Positions 35,827-45,225 of a DNA stretch of 64,000 nucleotides are shown here, piece by piece; positions within the stretch are counted from its first letter, which is position 1; each line of letters begins with the position of its first letter. The notes under the pieces are model-generated. The model was not told the origin of the DNA, did no database searches, and saw nothing but the letters and a program-made list of their open reading frames with translations. The position numbers were made by a program, and so were the translations under genes. The DNA is from an uncultured Eggerthella sp. (GTDB lineage: Bacteria; Actinomycetota; Coriobacteriia; Coriobacteriales; Eggerthellaceae). The stretch lies in NCBI GenBank assembly GCA_905203045.1, contig CAJKUH010000007.1, positions 5,306 to 69,305 of the forward strand, in the 5' to 3' direction.

Positions 35827-35869
35827 TTGCTTATGAAAAATTCGATATACTTGCTTAAACAATAAGCAA
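35827..35869. promoter_or_regulatory. putative LysR-type operator in the SDR/LysR divergent region
   Basis: TTGCTTA (35827-33), TTGCTTA (35851-57) and TAAGCAA (35863-69). The latter two form GCTTA-N5-TAAGC dyad symmetry, a T-N11-A-like box. Confidence 0.45.
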
Positions 35870-35907
35870 AGCTAATGTTGGCATCGGTTTACTCGTAAGG
35901 AGGAAAT

Positions 35908-36813
35908 GTGGAACTGAAGCAAATCGAGTATTTTTGCGCAGTGGCGCGCTTGGGCAGTTTCACCAAGGCAGCTGATGAATGCTTTGTTTCCCAATCGGCG
36001 ATATCTCAACAGATAAAAGCTTTGGAAGCGGACTTCGAGTGCGATCTTGTTGCCCGGCAGGGCCGTTCTTTCACACTGACGCCTGCAGGGGAATGTCTGG
36101 CACGTCGGGGCAAGGAACTGCTCGACGTAGCCCATGCCCTTCGTGGCGAAGTGTCCGATATCGCCCTAGGGCGTCCCGGTAGTTTGCGAGTGGGCTACTT
36201 GAACCGCTACGATGGATGGGAGCTTGCCGGGGCTGTGGGCACCTTTGCGCGCAAGCACCCCAGCGTGGAAGTAGAAATGCAGGCAGGAAGCCACGATGCC
36301 ATCTACGAGCTGATGCTTGCCGGCAAGGTTGACATGGTGTTCAACGACAAGCGCCGCCAGTTTTCCAATGCGTTTGTGAACAAGCACCTTATGAGCTGTT
36401 TCGATTACGTTGAGGTCAGCGAGGCGAACGAGCTTTCAACGCGCGATAGTCTTACCGCCCAGGACCTTTCTGGGCAAACGTGCATCGTTGTTTGCCCGCG
36501 CAGCCAGTTCGAGACCGAACAGGGCTACTATCGCAACGTCTTGAACTTCGATTGTGCCTTTACACAGGTGGAAACTTTGGAGCAAGCGCGTTTCCTGGTG
36601 GCAGCCAACAGAGGCGTGCTTCCCCTGGAAGCACGAAACAGCACCTTGCCGAGCATGAAGGCATTCGTACGGGTCCCTTTGGTTGGTCCCGATGCCTTCG
36701 GCTTGTCAAACGAGCAAGTGATTCACGAATACTATGCGTTCTGGCCTAGGGCAACGCAGAACCCCTACTGTGCCGAGTTCGCTGAAATCTTGAAGGGCAT
36801 GTTCGAGGGATAG
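35908..36813 (+). CDS. LysR family transcriptional regulator
   Basis: N-terminal HTH (MELKQIEYFCAVARLGSFTKAADECFVSQSAISQQIKALE) plus a substrate-binding domain. RBS TAAGGAGG before the GTG start. Confidence 0.85.
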   Translation: MELKQIEYFCAVARLGSFTKAADECFVSQSAISQQIKALEADFECDLVARQGRSFTLTPAGECLARRGKELLDVAHALRGEVSDIALGRPGSLRVGYLNRYDGWELAGAVGTFARKHPSVEVEMQAGSHDAIYELMLAGKVDMVFNDKRRQFSNAFVNKHLMSCFDYVEVSEANELSTRDSLTAQDLSGQTCIVVCPRSQFETEQGYYRNVLNFDCAFTQVETLEQARFLVAANRGVLPLEARNSTLPSMKAFVRVPLVGPDAFGLSNEQVIHEYYAFWPRATQNPYCAEFAEILKGMFEG

Positions 36814-36902
36814 ACCTGACTTAGAAGAACGGCGTGCACGCTCTTCAACAGGTAAAACACGCCCAGATTCAGCACCTGATGCGCTGTCGGAAACGTGGCT
36901 TG

Positions 36903-37628
36903 TTAAGTGATGTTTCTAACGGTCAGCGTTTCTTCGTCAACAGTGAAGGAAACGTCGTGCCCGGCATACGCTAGGTGGTACACGCGATCGGGCTCGTGCT
37001 TGCTGCCTGCTCGGCGCGGGTCTTGCCGCAGAACCTCGACAAGCCCTTGGAGCTTTTCCGGTTGAACCAGGCTTTTCAGCCTATCGGGAAAGACGACTTC
37101 CAGTTCATGCCACGGTACTTCGTCGATGAAGCCGCCTTTGGCATCAGGGTGGCAGTCAGCAAAGGGAATGTAAGGTTTTATGTCGTAGATGGGCGTCCCA
37201 TCGCGCAAATCGGCGCCAAGCACGTGAATGATGGGGCCGTTTTCGGTGTGCTCGATGCTCTCGAGCTTCACGCAGGTGAGTCCGATGGGGTTGGGCCGAA
37301 AGGGGCTTCGCGTGGCGAACACGCCCATGCGCTCGCTGCCGCCTAAACGGGGTGGGCGCACGGTAGGGCTCCATTTGGCAGTGGTGCCGTGCTTTTCTGC
37401 GGTTGCCGTGTCGGCGGCGATATCGGCTGCCGTGCCTCCCGGCGTGCCGTTCTCGAATTCCCACAGAAGCCAGAGGTGGGTAAAGCCCTCAAGCCCTTGA
37501 ACTGCGGAGTCAAGGGAGAATTCGGGCTCGAACACGATATGCCCCTTCAAATGAGGAGCAAGGAAGCTGTTACGGGGAATGCCGAATTTCTGCGGCAGGT
37601 CGGTGTGAATGTGGGCAATGGGTTTCAT
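36903..37628 (-). CDS. TsaA/TrmO (YaeB) family tRNA methyltransferase-like protein
   Basis: N-terminus MKPIAHIHTDLPQKFGIPRN...FTHLWLLWEF, typical of the TrmO fold. The longer upstream start (37721) is judged unlikely. Confidence 0.65.
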   Translation of the reverse strand: MKPIAHIHTDLPQKFGIPRNSFLAPHLKGHIVFEPEFSLDSAVQGLEGFTHLWLLWEFENGTPGGTAADIAADTATAEKHGTTAKWSPTVRPPRLGGSERMGVFATRSPFRPNPIGLTCVKLESIEHTENGPIIHVLGADLRDGTPIYDIKPYIPFADCHPDAKGGFIDEVPWHELEVVFPDRLKSLVQPEKLQGLVEVLRQDPRRAGSKHEPDRVYHLAYAGHDVSFTVDEETLTVRNIT

Positions 37629-37759
37629 GCGCTCATTGTAGCGCAGAGGCTGGGCGGCCTGGCAATGGCCCTGTCGCCCTTGACCGCGATCGAAAGGCTC
37701 CCATAAAAACGCCCCGGCCATGTGACAGCCCGGGGCGTGTACGCAATGGTGCTTTTGGG

Positions 37760-39040
37760 TTATTCCTTGCAGCTTTCGACGTATGCCTTAGCTGCTTCAT
37801 CGGCGCTTTTGTACTCGCCGCTGGCATAGGCGGTGGCGACGGTGTACCAGCTCTGCTCCATAGCAGAGGTGACGCTGCCGTCGTTCACGTAACCTTTATC
37901 CAGTGCTTCGGAGGAAAGGACGTTTTGGTAGATGTCGTCGTTTACCGGCTCTTTTGCGACGGAAGGCACGCCCTTTACGCTTGAAAGGGTGTTGATCTCG
38001 TCTTTCGTTGCCATAAAGCGCATGAACTCAGTTGCATAGTCGCTGCAGTCACTGGTTTTGCTCAGGGCAAACCCGTACCACGGCTCACGGTAGGCGTATT
38101 GGCCGGACTCACCGGAGGGAACGTTGATGAAGGTGTACTCGAAGGGATTGGCGCTGAATGCCTCCGATTTCGATTCGCGCTTCTTCATGCCGCTCACTTT
38201 TTCGGAATTGCAGGCCCAAAACGGTACATTGCCCTCGAAGAAGCTCATGATGGCCTTGTCGTAGTTGTCGTTGGGATACGTTGCATTGACCTTCTGGTCA
38301 AGATAGCCGTCCTTGATTAGCTCGTTCATGAATTCAAAGGAAGGCTCCAGCTTGCTCGAGGCACTTGCATCGCCCGCCTTCAGCTGATTTTGCAACGTGT
38401 TGTCGGTGCCGATCTGGGTAAAGGTCATGCCGGCGGTTAGGTCGGCGTACACTTTGCTGGTGGGGCCTTGAATGGGGGCATCGTAGCCCTTTTCCTTCAA
38501 GGCCGCCAAGGTGCTGAGGAGCTCGTCTTTTGTGGTGGGTACTGAAAGCCCCTCTTTTTCCAGCAGCGTCTTGTTGACCACCAGCCCGGTGATGCTTTGA
38601 CCCATGGGGATGCTCAACTGCTTGCCGTCGACCTTCGAGCTTGCAAGCATCGCTTCATCGATGGCGCTTGTGTCTATGCCGTGCTCGTTCAGGTCGGCGC
38701 AGTGCTCGGAGACGCAGATAGCACCAGGGGCAAGCGTATCGGCGGAAGTCATGAAGATATCGGTGCCCCCGTTTGCCTCTAGGTACTTTTCCTCGTCCTT
38801 GGAACCTACCTGCTGGTAGTTCACAGTAACGTTGGGGTAAGTCTTGTTGAAGTCCGCAACAACCTGATCCAATGCCTCGAAGTTGCCGAAATAGCCGACG
38901 ATATCAAGCTGTTCCTGCGCCTTGGTGTCGAGTTTCGGGGTGAATCCCGATTTTTCGTTGTTGCTGGCGCAGCCCGCCAACGAAACGGCAAGTGCCGTTG
39001 CGGTGATTGCGGTTGCCGCAATTCGCCAGGGTTTCCTCAT
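37760..39040 (-). CDS. ABC-type extracellular solute-binding lipoprotein (family 1, sugar-type), orphan
   Basis: Lipobox LAVSLAGC. SBP family-1 fold. No adjacent permease or ATPase genes. Begins 22 nt downstream of the hybrid kinase ORF. RBS AAGGATCGGAG. Confidence 0.8.
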   Translation of the reverse strand: MRKPWRIAATAITATALAVSLAGCASNNEKSGFTPKLDTKAQEQLDIVGYFGNFEALDQVVADFNKTYPNVTVNYQQVGSKDEEKYLEANGGTDIFMTSADTLAPGAICVSEHCADLNEHGIDTSAIDEAMLASSKVDGKQLSIPMGQSITGLVVNKTLLEKEGLSVPTTKDELLSTLAALKEKGYDAPIQGPTSKVYADLTAGMTFTQIGTDNTLQNQLKAGDASASSKLEPSFEFMNELIKDGYLDQKVNATYPNDNYDKAIMSFFEGNVPFWACNSEKVSGMKKRESKSEAFSANPFEYTFINVPSGESGQYAYREPWYGFALSKTSDCSDYATEFMRFMATKDEINTLSSVKGVPSVAKEPVNDDIYQNVLSSEALDKGYVNDGSVTSAMEQSWYTVATAYASGEYKSADEAAKAYVESCKE

Positions 39041-39061
39041 GGTATGCTCCGATCCTTGTTT

Positions 39062-41300
39062 TTAAAGAGTGCTTTTCTTGATTTTGTACAGGTATTCCTG
39101 AATCTTCGTTACATCAACTGGTTTGGCGATGTGCCCGTTCATCCCGCACTGCAAGCAGGCCTGCACGTCTTCAGCGAAGGCGTCTGCGGTCATAGCCACG
39201 ATGGGGATGGTGCCGTTTTGGTCGGGAGAAAGCGCGCGGATGTTCCGCGTTGCCTCAAGGCCTCCCATTTGGGGCATTTGGATATCCATGAATATCGCGT
39301 CAAACGAGCCCGGCTTTGCTTCGCGTATCAGGTCGACGCACTCTGCACCGTTGTAGGCTCGTTCGCTTTCCACGCCCAATTCAGCAAGCTGCGCATTGAT
39401 AACTTCCCAGTTCAGGTCGTTGTCTTCGGCTACGAGAATCCTCATGCCGGTGAAATCGGTGCCGGCTTCCTCGCCCCGCAGGGTGGGCTGGGCGCAGGTT
39501 GCGGCAACGGGCAGTTCGATTCGCACGGTGAAGGTGGTGCCCACGCCTTCGGGCACTTTCACATTCGATGGTGCCGTGCATAAGCTCTACCAGCTGCGAA
39601 ACGATGGAAAGCCCGAGCCCGGTTCCGTGGATGTGGTTTACCTGCGTGTTTATCGCACGGGAAAACGAGTGGTACATTTCCTTCTGGAATTCCTCGGTCA
39701 TGCCGATGCCCGTATCGGACACCACGAACGTAACCAGGGTCGTGTTCGCTTCCGTGTTGGGCGCGGGTTCTTCGAACAGGCTGACCTTCACGCTGCCGCC
39801 GGGCTTGGTGTACTTCACAGCATTTGAAAGCAGGTTCAGGTAAATCTGATTCAGGCGCATTTCGTCGGCACGAACGTACGGATGGGGAAGAGGACCGGTT
39901 TTAAAGGTGAGAGCCAGTTCCCGTTGGGTTGTTTGGGGGCTTATGATTTCCTCAAGGTCGACGACAATCTGCTCAAGAGAGACATCGCTTGCCACTAGGG
40001 TGAACTGGCCGCTTTCGATCTTCGAGATATCGAGCACATCGTTGATGAGGGTAAGGAGCTGCTTGCCCGCACTTTGCGCTTTGTCAAGGCACTGTATTAC
40101 ATAGCCGGTGTTGCTTGCGTTTTTCTTTGCAAGCGAAGTCATGCCCAGGACGGCATTCATGGGTGTGCGAATGTCATGTGACATAGCTGCCAGGAATCTT
40201 GTCTTCGCTTGGTTGGCCTCGTCTGCCGCCTGAGCTGCTTCACGCAGGCGGATGTTGATTTTCCGCAGGTGGAAACCGTCGATTACGGCAAGCAGGACAA
40301 GCGTACCGCCGATGAGGAACACGTTATGCCAGGCGCCGCCCTTGGGCGTGAACTCGCTTTCCTTGACCGAGCCGACAACGTCGAGGTTCGATCCGTTGCC
40401 GAGGCTGGTGTAGTACCACAGGCGCTCATCGCCGCGGAAGTCGCGATAATGCAGCACGCCGCTTTCGGTTTGCTTCAGCTGGTTGCGCAGGGCGTTCACT
40501 TCGTTGTAGTTGTCTTGGAAATTGTAAGCACGGATGTAGTCGGGGAAGTTCGACGATTTCATGGATGCGGACTGAACCACGTAGTCGCCGTTCGTTGTGA
40601 TGATTCCCACTTCAGCCGATTGGTATTCGGTGGGGAATACCCACGAGCTTTTCAGCGAATCAATGGGGATAACGCGCAGAAGCAGGTAGTCTTTCGGGCC
40701 GCTGGTTGTTTCAAGGGTGACTTTCCTGCCTACGCTTACCGCCGAAGAATGGGTTTCCGCGATCCTGTAATTGCCGATGATGATGGTGCCGGTGCCGTTG
40801 CCATCGAAGGCGGCTTGCATGGATTCGCGCATGTAGCTGCCTGTTGCATCCGATTCATCGCGGTACTTCGTATACGTGTCGATGGAATTGGGGTTCGCAT
40901 CGTCGCCAAGCGCCCAAGCGTTGTAGGTATCCATGTCAACGATATAGATATAGCGGTTGGTGCTGGTATCGATTTTGTTGAGGAAGCTGGCCGCCTCTTC
41001 AAGGCTCATGGCATTGCTCGAAAGGTACTGTGCCCAGTCGTTGACGTAGCCCTGCTCGCTGTCAAGGTAGGTTTGGGTCACCGATTTCATGGACTCGACG
41101 GTGGTGGTGAAATCGGACTGCTTCGCGTCGATTTGCGTGGAACGGAAGTACTGGGCTGAGAAGATTGCGGCAACAATAGCGATAGCCATCAAGATGATGT
41201 TGCATGCGATAAGTGCGCGTCCGCGTAGCTTTGATGTGCCGTTGCTTTCCAAACCGAGTTCCGTTTCGATGATGAGCGAACGCGAATTGTGGGGAAGCAA
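39062..41300 (-). pseudogene. hybrid sensor histidine kinase (periplasmic sensor-HisKA-HATPase-REC) interrupted by a frameshift near 39555-39575
   Basis: ORF 39381..41300 carries TM, a ~270-aa periplasmic domain, HisKA (MSHDIRTPMNAVLGMTSLA) and HATPase up to [24 protein letters not shown]. The rest of the HATPase domain ([16 protein letters not shown]) and a REC domain ([22 protein letters not shown]) continue in another frame (39062..39562). Confidence 0.7.
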
Positions 41301-41678
41301 TAAGCAAGACTTCGCAGATATGGGATAACCTATTTACCTATTGTATCAGAGCGGGCCTGAACTGGGGCGTTTTGCCGCATTTGGATTGGCAAACGGCAGT
41401 AGGCGAATAACCCTGCCTGAAAGCATACGTTCGTGCCTGTCCGTTGCGGCGATGTGCCCAGATACGCCCATGCTGTCGTAGCGTCCGTTTGGCTCCAAAA
41501 CTCTCTTTCGCAAAGATCTTGAAACGCTTTTGATGCGTTTTCCGGCAGGGGAGCCCCGGTTTCGCAGCCGAATACCGCCGGTTCGTTTCGAATACGAAAA
41601 ATCACCTTGCGTGCTATTCAGAACAGGGCACGGTGGTGGTACGTTATGTTGCCGTGTGTCCATTTAGAGAGGAATAGG

Positions 41679-43157
41679 ATGGAAGAAGGAAAGCAGGAGG
41701 CGGCGCCAAAGTCCGCTTCGTCGGCTGCGAGCGCTTCGGCGCAGGATGGGCCGGGCAAGGCAAAGCAGCTTGGGGTTTTCTCGTTCGAAGGCGATATTCC
41801 CCTTTCCCAGGCGGTGCCGCTAGGCTTGCAGCATGTTCTTGCCATGTTCGTGGGCAACCTCACGCCGTTGCTCATCGTTACCAGTGCCTGCGGTTTGGCA
41901 GGCGGCGAGTTCGCCGATGTGCAGTTGGCGCTGTTGCAGAATGCCATGCTTATCGCTGGCGTGGTGACGTTGGTGCAGATATTCGGCATCGGCCCCGTTG
42001 GTGGCAAGGTTCCCATCATCATGGGCACGTCTTCCGGCTTTATCGGCGTGTTCAATTCCGTGGCTACCTCCATGGGCGGTGGCCTTATCGCTTACGGCGC
42101 CATCATGGGCGCTTCGCTTATCGGCGGCTTGTTCGAAACGGTTCTGGGCTTTTTCCTGAAGCCCCTTCGTAAGTTCTTTCCTGCCATTGTCACGGGCACG
42201 GTGGTGCTTTCCATCGGTTTGAGCCTTATCAGCGTCGGCGTCAACGCGTTCGGTGGCGGAAGCAGCGCAGCCGACTTCGGTTCGCTTGAGAACTTCTGCC
42301 TGGCGCTCATCGTTTTGGTCGTGATTCTTGCGGTGAAGCACGCCACCACGGGTTTCGTGAGCGCGTCTTCCATTTTGGTGGGTATTATCGCGGGCTACAT
42401 TGCAGCGGGCATCATGGGTATGGTCTTGCCCACCACCGGCGTTACCGCCGATGGCGTTGAGTACACCAAGGCTTGGGTGCTCGACTGGAGCAAGGTTGCC
42501 AATGCTGCCTGGTTCGCCGTTCCCGAGCTTATGCCGGTTCAGCCTGTGTTCGATATGCGCGCCATCGCACCCGTTTTGGTGATGTTCATCGTTACCGCCG
42601 TTGAAACGGTGGGCGACATTTCCGGCTGCATGCAGGGCGGCATGAACCGCGAGGCAACCGACAAAGAGCTTTCCGGTGGCGTTATGTGCGATGGCCTGGG
42701 CTCTTCCCTCGCTGCCATGTTCGGCGTGTTGCCGAACACCTCGTTCAGCCAGAACGTGGGCTTGGTTACCATGACCAAGATGGTGAATCGCAAGGCGCTG
42801 GCATGCGGCGCGGTGTTCCTGATTCTGTGCGGCCTGTGCCCGAAGCTGGGCGCGGTGGTTTCCATGATGCCCCAGTCCGTTCTGGGCGGCGCTGCGGTAA
42901 TCATGTTCGCCTCCATCGTGGTAAGCGGCATTCAGCTCATCACGCGCGACCCGCTTACGCCGCGCAACCTGAGCATCGTTTCGGTTGCGTTGGGCTTGGG
43001 CTACGGCATCGGCGCCAACCCTGCAGTGCTGGCAGGCGCGCCTGAGATGGTGAGCCTTGTCTTTGGCGGCTCGGGCATCGTGGCTGCGGCGGCCGTCGCC
43101 ATTCTTCTGAACATCGTTCTGCCTAAAGATTCGCCCTTGATGAGGAGCGATGCGTAG
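41679..43157 (+). CDS. NCS2 family nucleobase:cation symporter (xanthine/uracil permease)
   Basis: About 490 aa and 12-14 TM segments. NCS2 signatures (LQHVLAMFVGNLTPLLI, QNVGLVTMTKMVNRKA). RBS GAGAGGAATAGG. Confidence 0.85.
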   Translation: MEEGKQEAAPKSASSAASASAQDGPGKAKQLGVFSFEGDIPLSQAVPLGLQHVLAMFVGNLTPLLIVTSACGLAGGEFADVQLALLQNAMLIAGVVTLVQIFGIGPVGGKVPIIMGTSSGFIGVFNSVATSMGGGLIAYGAIMGASLIGGLFETVLGFFLKPLRKFFPAIVTGTVVLSIGLSLISVGVNAFGGGSSAADFGSLENFCLALIVLVVILAVKHATTGFVSASSILVGIIAGYIAAGIMGMVLPTTGVTADGVEYTKAWVLDWSKVANAAWFAVPELMPVQPVFDMRAIAPVLVMFIVTAVETVGDISGCMQGGMNREATDKELSGGVMCDGLGSSLAAMFGVLPNTSFSQNVGLVTMTKMVNRKALACGAVFLILCGLCPKLGAVVSMMPQSVLGGAAVIMFASIVVSGIQLITRDPLTPRNLSIVSVALGLGYGIGANPAVLAGAPEMVSLVFGGSGIVAAAAVAILLNIVLPKDSPLMRSDA

Positions 43158-43176
43158 TAGCTTTCCTGCGCAACGA

Positions 43177-43208
43177 AGAGCCTAGGTGTTACCTGGGCTC
43201 TTTCTATG
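43177..43208. terminator. bidirectional terminator between permease (+) and mocA-like (-) genes
   Basis: AGAGCCTAGG-tgtta-CCTGGGCTCT hairpin followed by TTCTATG. Confidence 0.5.
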
Positions 43209-43219
43209 CTGTGGGCGAT

Positions 43220-43873
43220 TTATTCGCAGCGGTGCTGATGCAGGTGGTGTTGAAGGGCTTGCAAGTCTTCAACGGTGTCCACATCGAAGAGCTCCCATTT
43301 GCTGGCAACTTCGATAGTCCCAACCTGTTCGGGGTGCTCTGCTGCCACGAAGCCGCCTCCTTTGCGGGGCGGCAGCTGTCGGAGCTCGGCGAATGCCCAG
43401 CGCGGGAACAGCACCGGAGCGCCTGGCTGGCCGTCGAAGCTGCACCGCCAAATGCAGGCGGGGTCTTCTTCGAAGGCGTGTAGGAGCTTTGCAATACTGT
43501 GCGTGCTGATAAGCGGCTGGTCTGCTTGGACGAACGTGATGCTGCGGCAGGGGCCAAGGGCATCCATCCCTAAGCGGATCGCATCGTTGCGGTAGGGTTC
43601 GTGGTGATGGATCGTTTCAACGCCTTGCGCACGGCACAGCTCGGCGGTTTCGGCGGAGCGCGTGACCACCACTCGCTTTGCGAACAGGGCATCGGTTGCC
43701 TGCAGCGCGTACTGGATCAGGGGCGTGCCGTTGAGCTTCGCCATAAGCTTGTTGCCGCCGAAACGCGTAGCCTTCCCCGATGCCATGACAATGCAGCCAT
43801 GGTCCCTCTCGGGCGCATTGGCAAGGCGCGTTGTTGCGCCGTGTTCTTTTGCTTGTTCGTTGTTTTGATGCAT
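43220..43873 (-). CDS. MobA/MocA-like molybdenum cofactor nucleotidyltransferase (YgfJ-like accessory protein)
   Basis: GCIVMASGKATRFGGNKLMAKLNGTPL matches the MobA/MocA NTP-transferase N-terminal motif. Start ambiguous: 43912, 43873 or 43786, none with a strong RBS. Divergent from the hydroxylase operon. Confidence 0.65.
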   Translation of the reverse strand: MHQNNEQAKEHGATTRLANAPERDHGCIVMASGKATRFGGNKLMAKLNGTPLIQYALQATDALFAKRVVVTRSAETAELCRAQGVETIHHHEPYRNDAIRLGMDALGPCRSITFVQADQPLISTHSIAKLLHAFEEDPACIWRCSFDGQPGAPVLFPRWAFAELRQLPPRKGGGFVAAEHPEQVGTIEVASKWELFDVDTVEDLQALQHHLHQHRCE

Positions 43874-43981
43874 TGGGACAAGTAGTTGTTCGGAAGCCGC
43901 GTATTCGCTCACAGTATAATCATGCTAGTTAGATAAACCTCAAGTAATGGGGCGAGTGACATTTATTCTTTCCAAAAATAT

Positions 43982-44752
43982 GTGCGAGCCGAAAGCCTGG
44001 AAGAGGCATGGGAGCTCAACCAAAAGAAGCGAACCCGCATAATTGCCGGCGGCATGTGGCTGAAGATGGGCAACCATTCCATAGGCACCGCCATCGACCT
44101 GTGCGATTTGGGCTTGGACCAGATCGAGGAAACCGAAGAAGAGTTCCGCTTGGGTGCGATGGTAACGCTCCGCCAGATGGAAAAGCATACTGGTTTGGCC
44201 GCTTATTCCTGCGGTGCGGTCGAAGATGCCTTTAAGGATATCGTGGGCGTTCAGTTCCGCAATGGCGCCACGTTGGGCGGCAGCTTGTGGCGACGCATGG
44301 GCTTTTCCGATATCGTGACGGTTTTCATGGCGATGGACAGCTTCGTTGAACTGTTCGACGGTGGCATTGTTCCGCTTGAGGAATTCGTTTCGAGCAAGTA
44401 TGACAACGACATTCTGGTGCGCCTGATTGTGAAGAAAACGCCCGGCGCCTTCGCCTACCAGGCGGTTCGCAAGCAGCGCACCGACCTGCCGTCGCTCAAT
44501 TGCGCTGCCGCCAAGGTTGGTGGCCAGTATCGCGTGGTAGTGGGCTCGCGTCCTGCGCGTGCCATGATGCTGCGCGATGAACGGGGCATTTTGGCAGAAG
44601 GCATTACGGAGGAATCCGCTAAGGCGTTTGCAGAATACGCGCAGCGCGCTGTTCCCTTGTCGGGGAACATGTGGGGCAGCGCCGAGTACCGCAGCGCCCT
44701 GGTGCCCGTTTTGACGCGTCGTGCCCTGCTGGCGCTGGGGGAGGTGCAGTAA
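43982..44752 (+). CDS. molybdenum hydroxylase FAD-binding (medium) subunit
   Basis: PCMH-type FAD-binding domain (RIIAGGMWLKMG, ATLGGSLW). Conserved N-terminal residues (FQKYVRAESLEEA) continue upstream of the GTG in frame without a canonical start. Confidence 0.8.
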   Translation: MRAESLEEAWELNQKKRTRIIAGGMWLKMGNHSIGTAIDLCDLGLDQIEETEEEFRLGAMVTLRQMEKHTGLAAYSCGAVEDAFKDIVGVQFRNGATLGGSLWRRMGFSDIVTVFMAMDSFVELFDGGIVPLEEFVSSKYDNDILVRLIVKKTPGAFAYQAVRKQRTDLPSLNCAAAKVGGQYRVVVGSRPARAMMLRDERGILAEGITEESAKAFAEYAQRAVPLSGNMWGSAEYRSALVPVLTRRALLALGEVQ

Positions 44753-45225
44753 TGGAAGTCAAGATCAAGCTAAACGGCAAGATGATTGCCGACGACGTTC
44801 CCGTCGACATGCTGCTAATCGATTTCCTGCGCAAACATGGCTGCTTCAGCGTGAAACGCGGCTGCGAAACGTCAAGCTGCGGCTTGTGCACGGTGTTGTT
44901 GGACGATGAGCCGGTGCTTTCGTGCTCGGTGCTGGTTGCGCGCGCCGATGGCCATGGCGTGCAGACGCTTGAAGGCTTGCAGGACGAAGCGTCCGAGTTC
45001 GTTGGGTTCATTGCCGACCAGGGCGCTGATCAGTGCGGGTTCTGCAACCCGGGTTTCGTGATGAACACCATTGCGCTTCTGCGTGAAAACCCCGACCCCA
45101 CCGATGAAGAGATCTTGGCGTATTTGAGCGGCAACCTGTGCCGTTGTTCGGGCTATGTTGGGCAGCTGCGCGGCATTCGCGCGTTCCTGGACAGCAAGAA
45201 GGCGGAAGGGGCCAAACGTGGATAA
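44752..45225 (+). CDS. molybdenum hydroxylase [2Fe-2S] (small) subunit
   Basis: Both 2Fe-2S cluster signatures (CETSSCGLCTV; CGFCNPGF...CRCSGY). ATG overlaps the upstream stop (TAATG). Confidence 0.9.
   Translation: MEVKIKLNGKMIADDVPVDMLLIDFLRKHGCFSVKRGCETSSCGLCTVLLDDEPVLSCSVLVARADGHGVQTLEGLQDEASEFVGFIADQGADQCGFCNPGFVMNTIALLRENPDPTDEEILAYLSGNLCRCSGYVGQLRGIRAFLDSKKAEGAKRG

Noticed and set aside
41300-41678. Possible purine riboswitch upstream of the NCS2 permease (and of adenine deaminase at 52435-52586)
   Set aside because: I looked for the conserved purine-riboswitch core (UAUA...GGAUAUGGC...GUUUCUACC...CCGUAAA...GACUAUG) and found no convincing match in either leader. Regulation is more likely protein-based.
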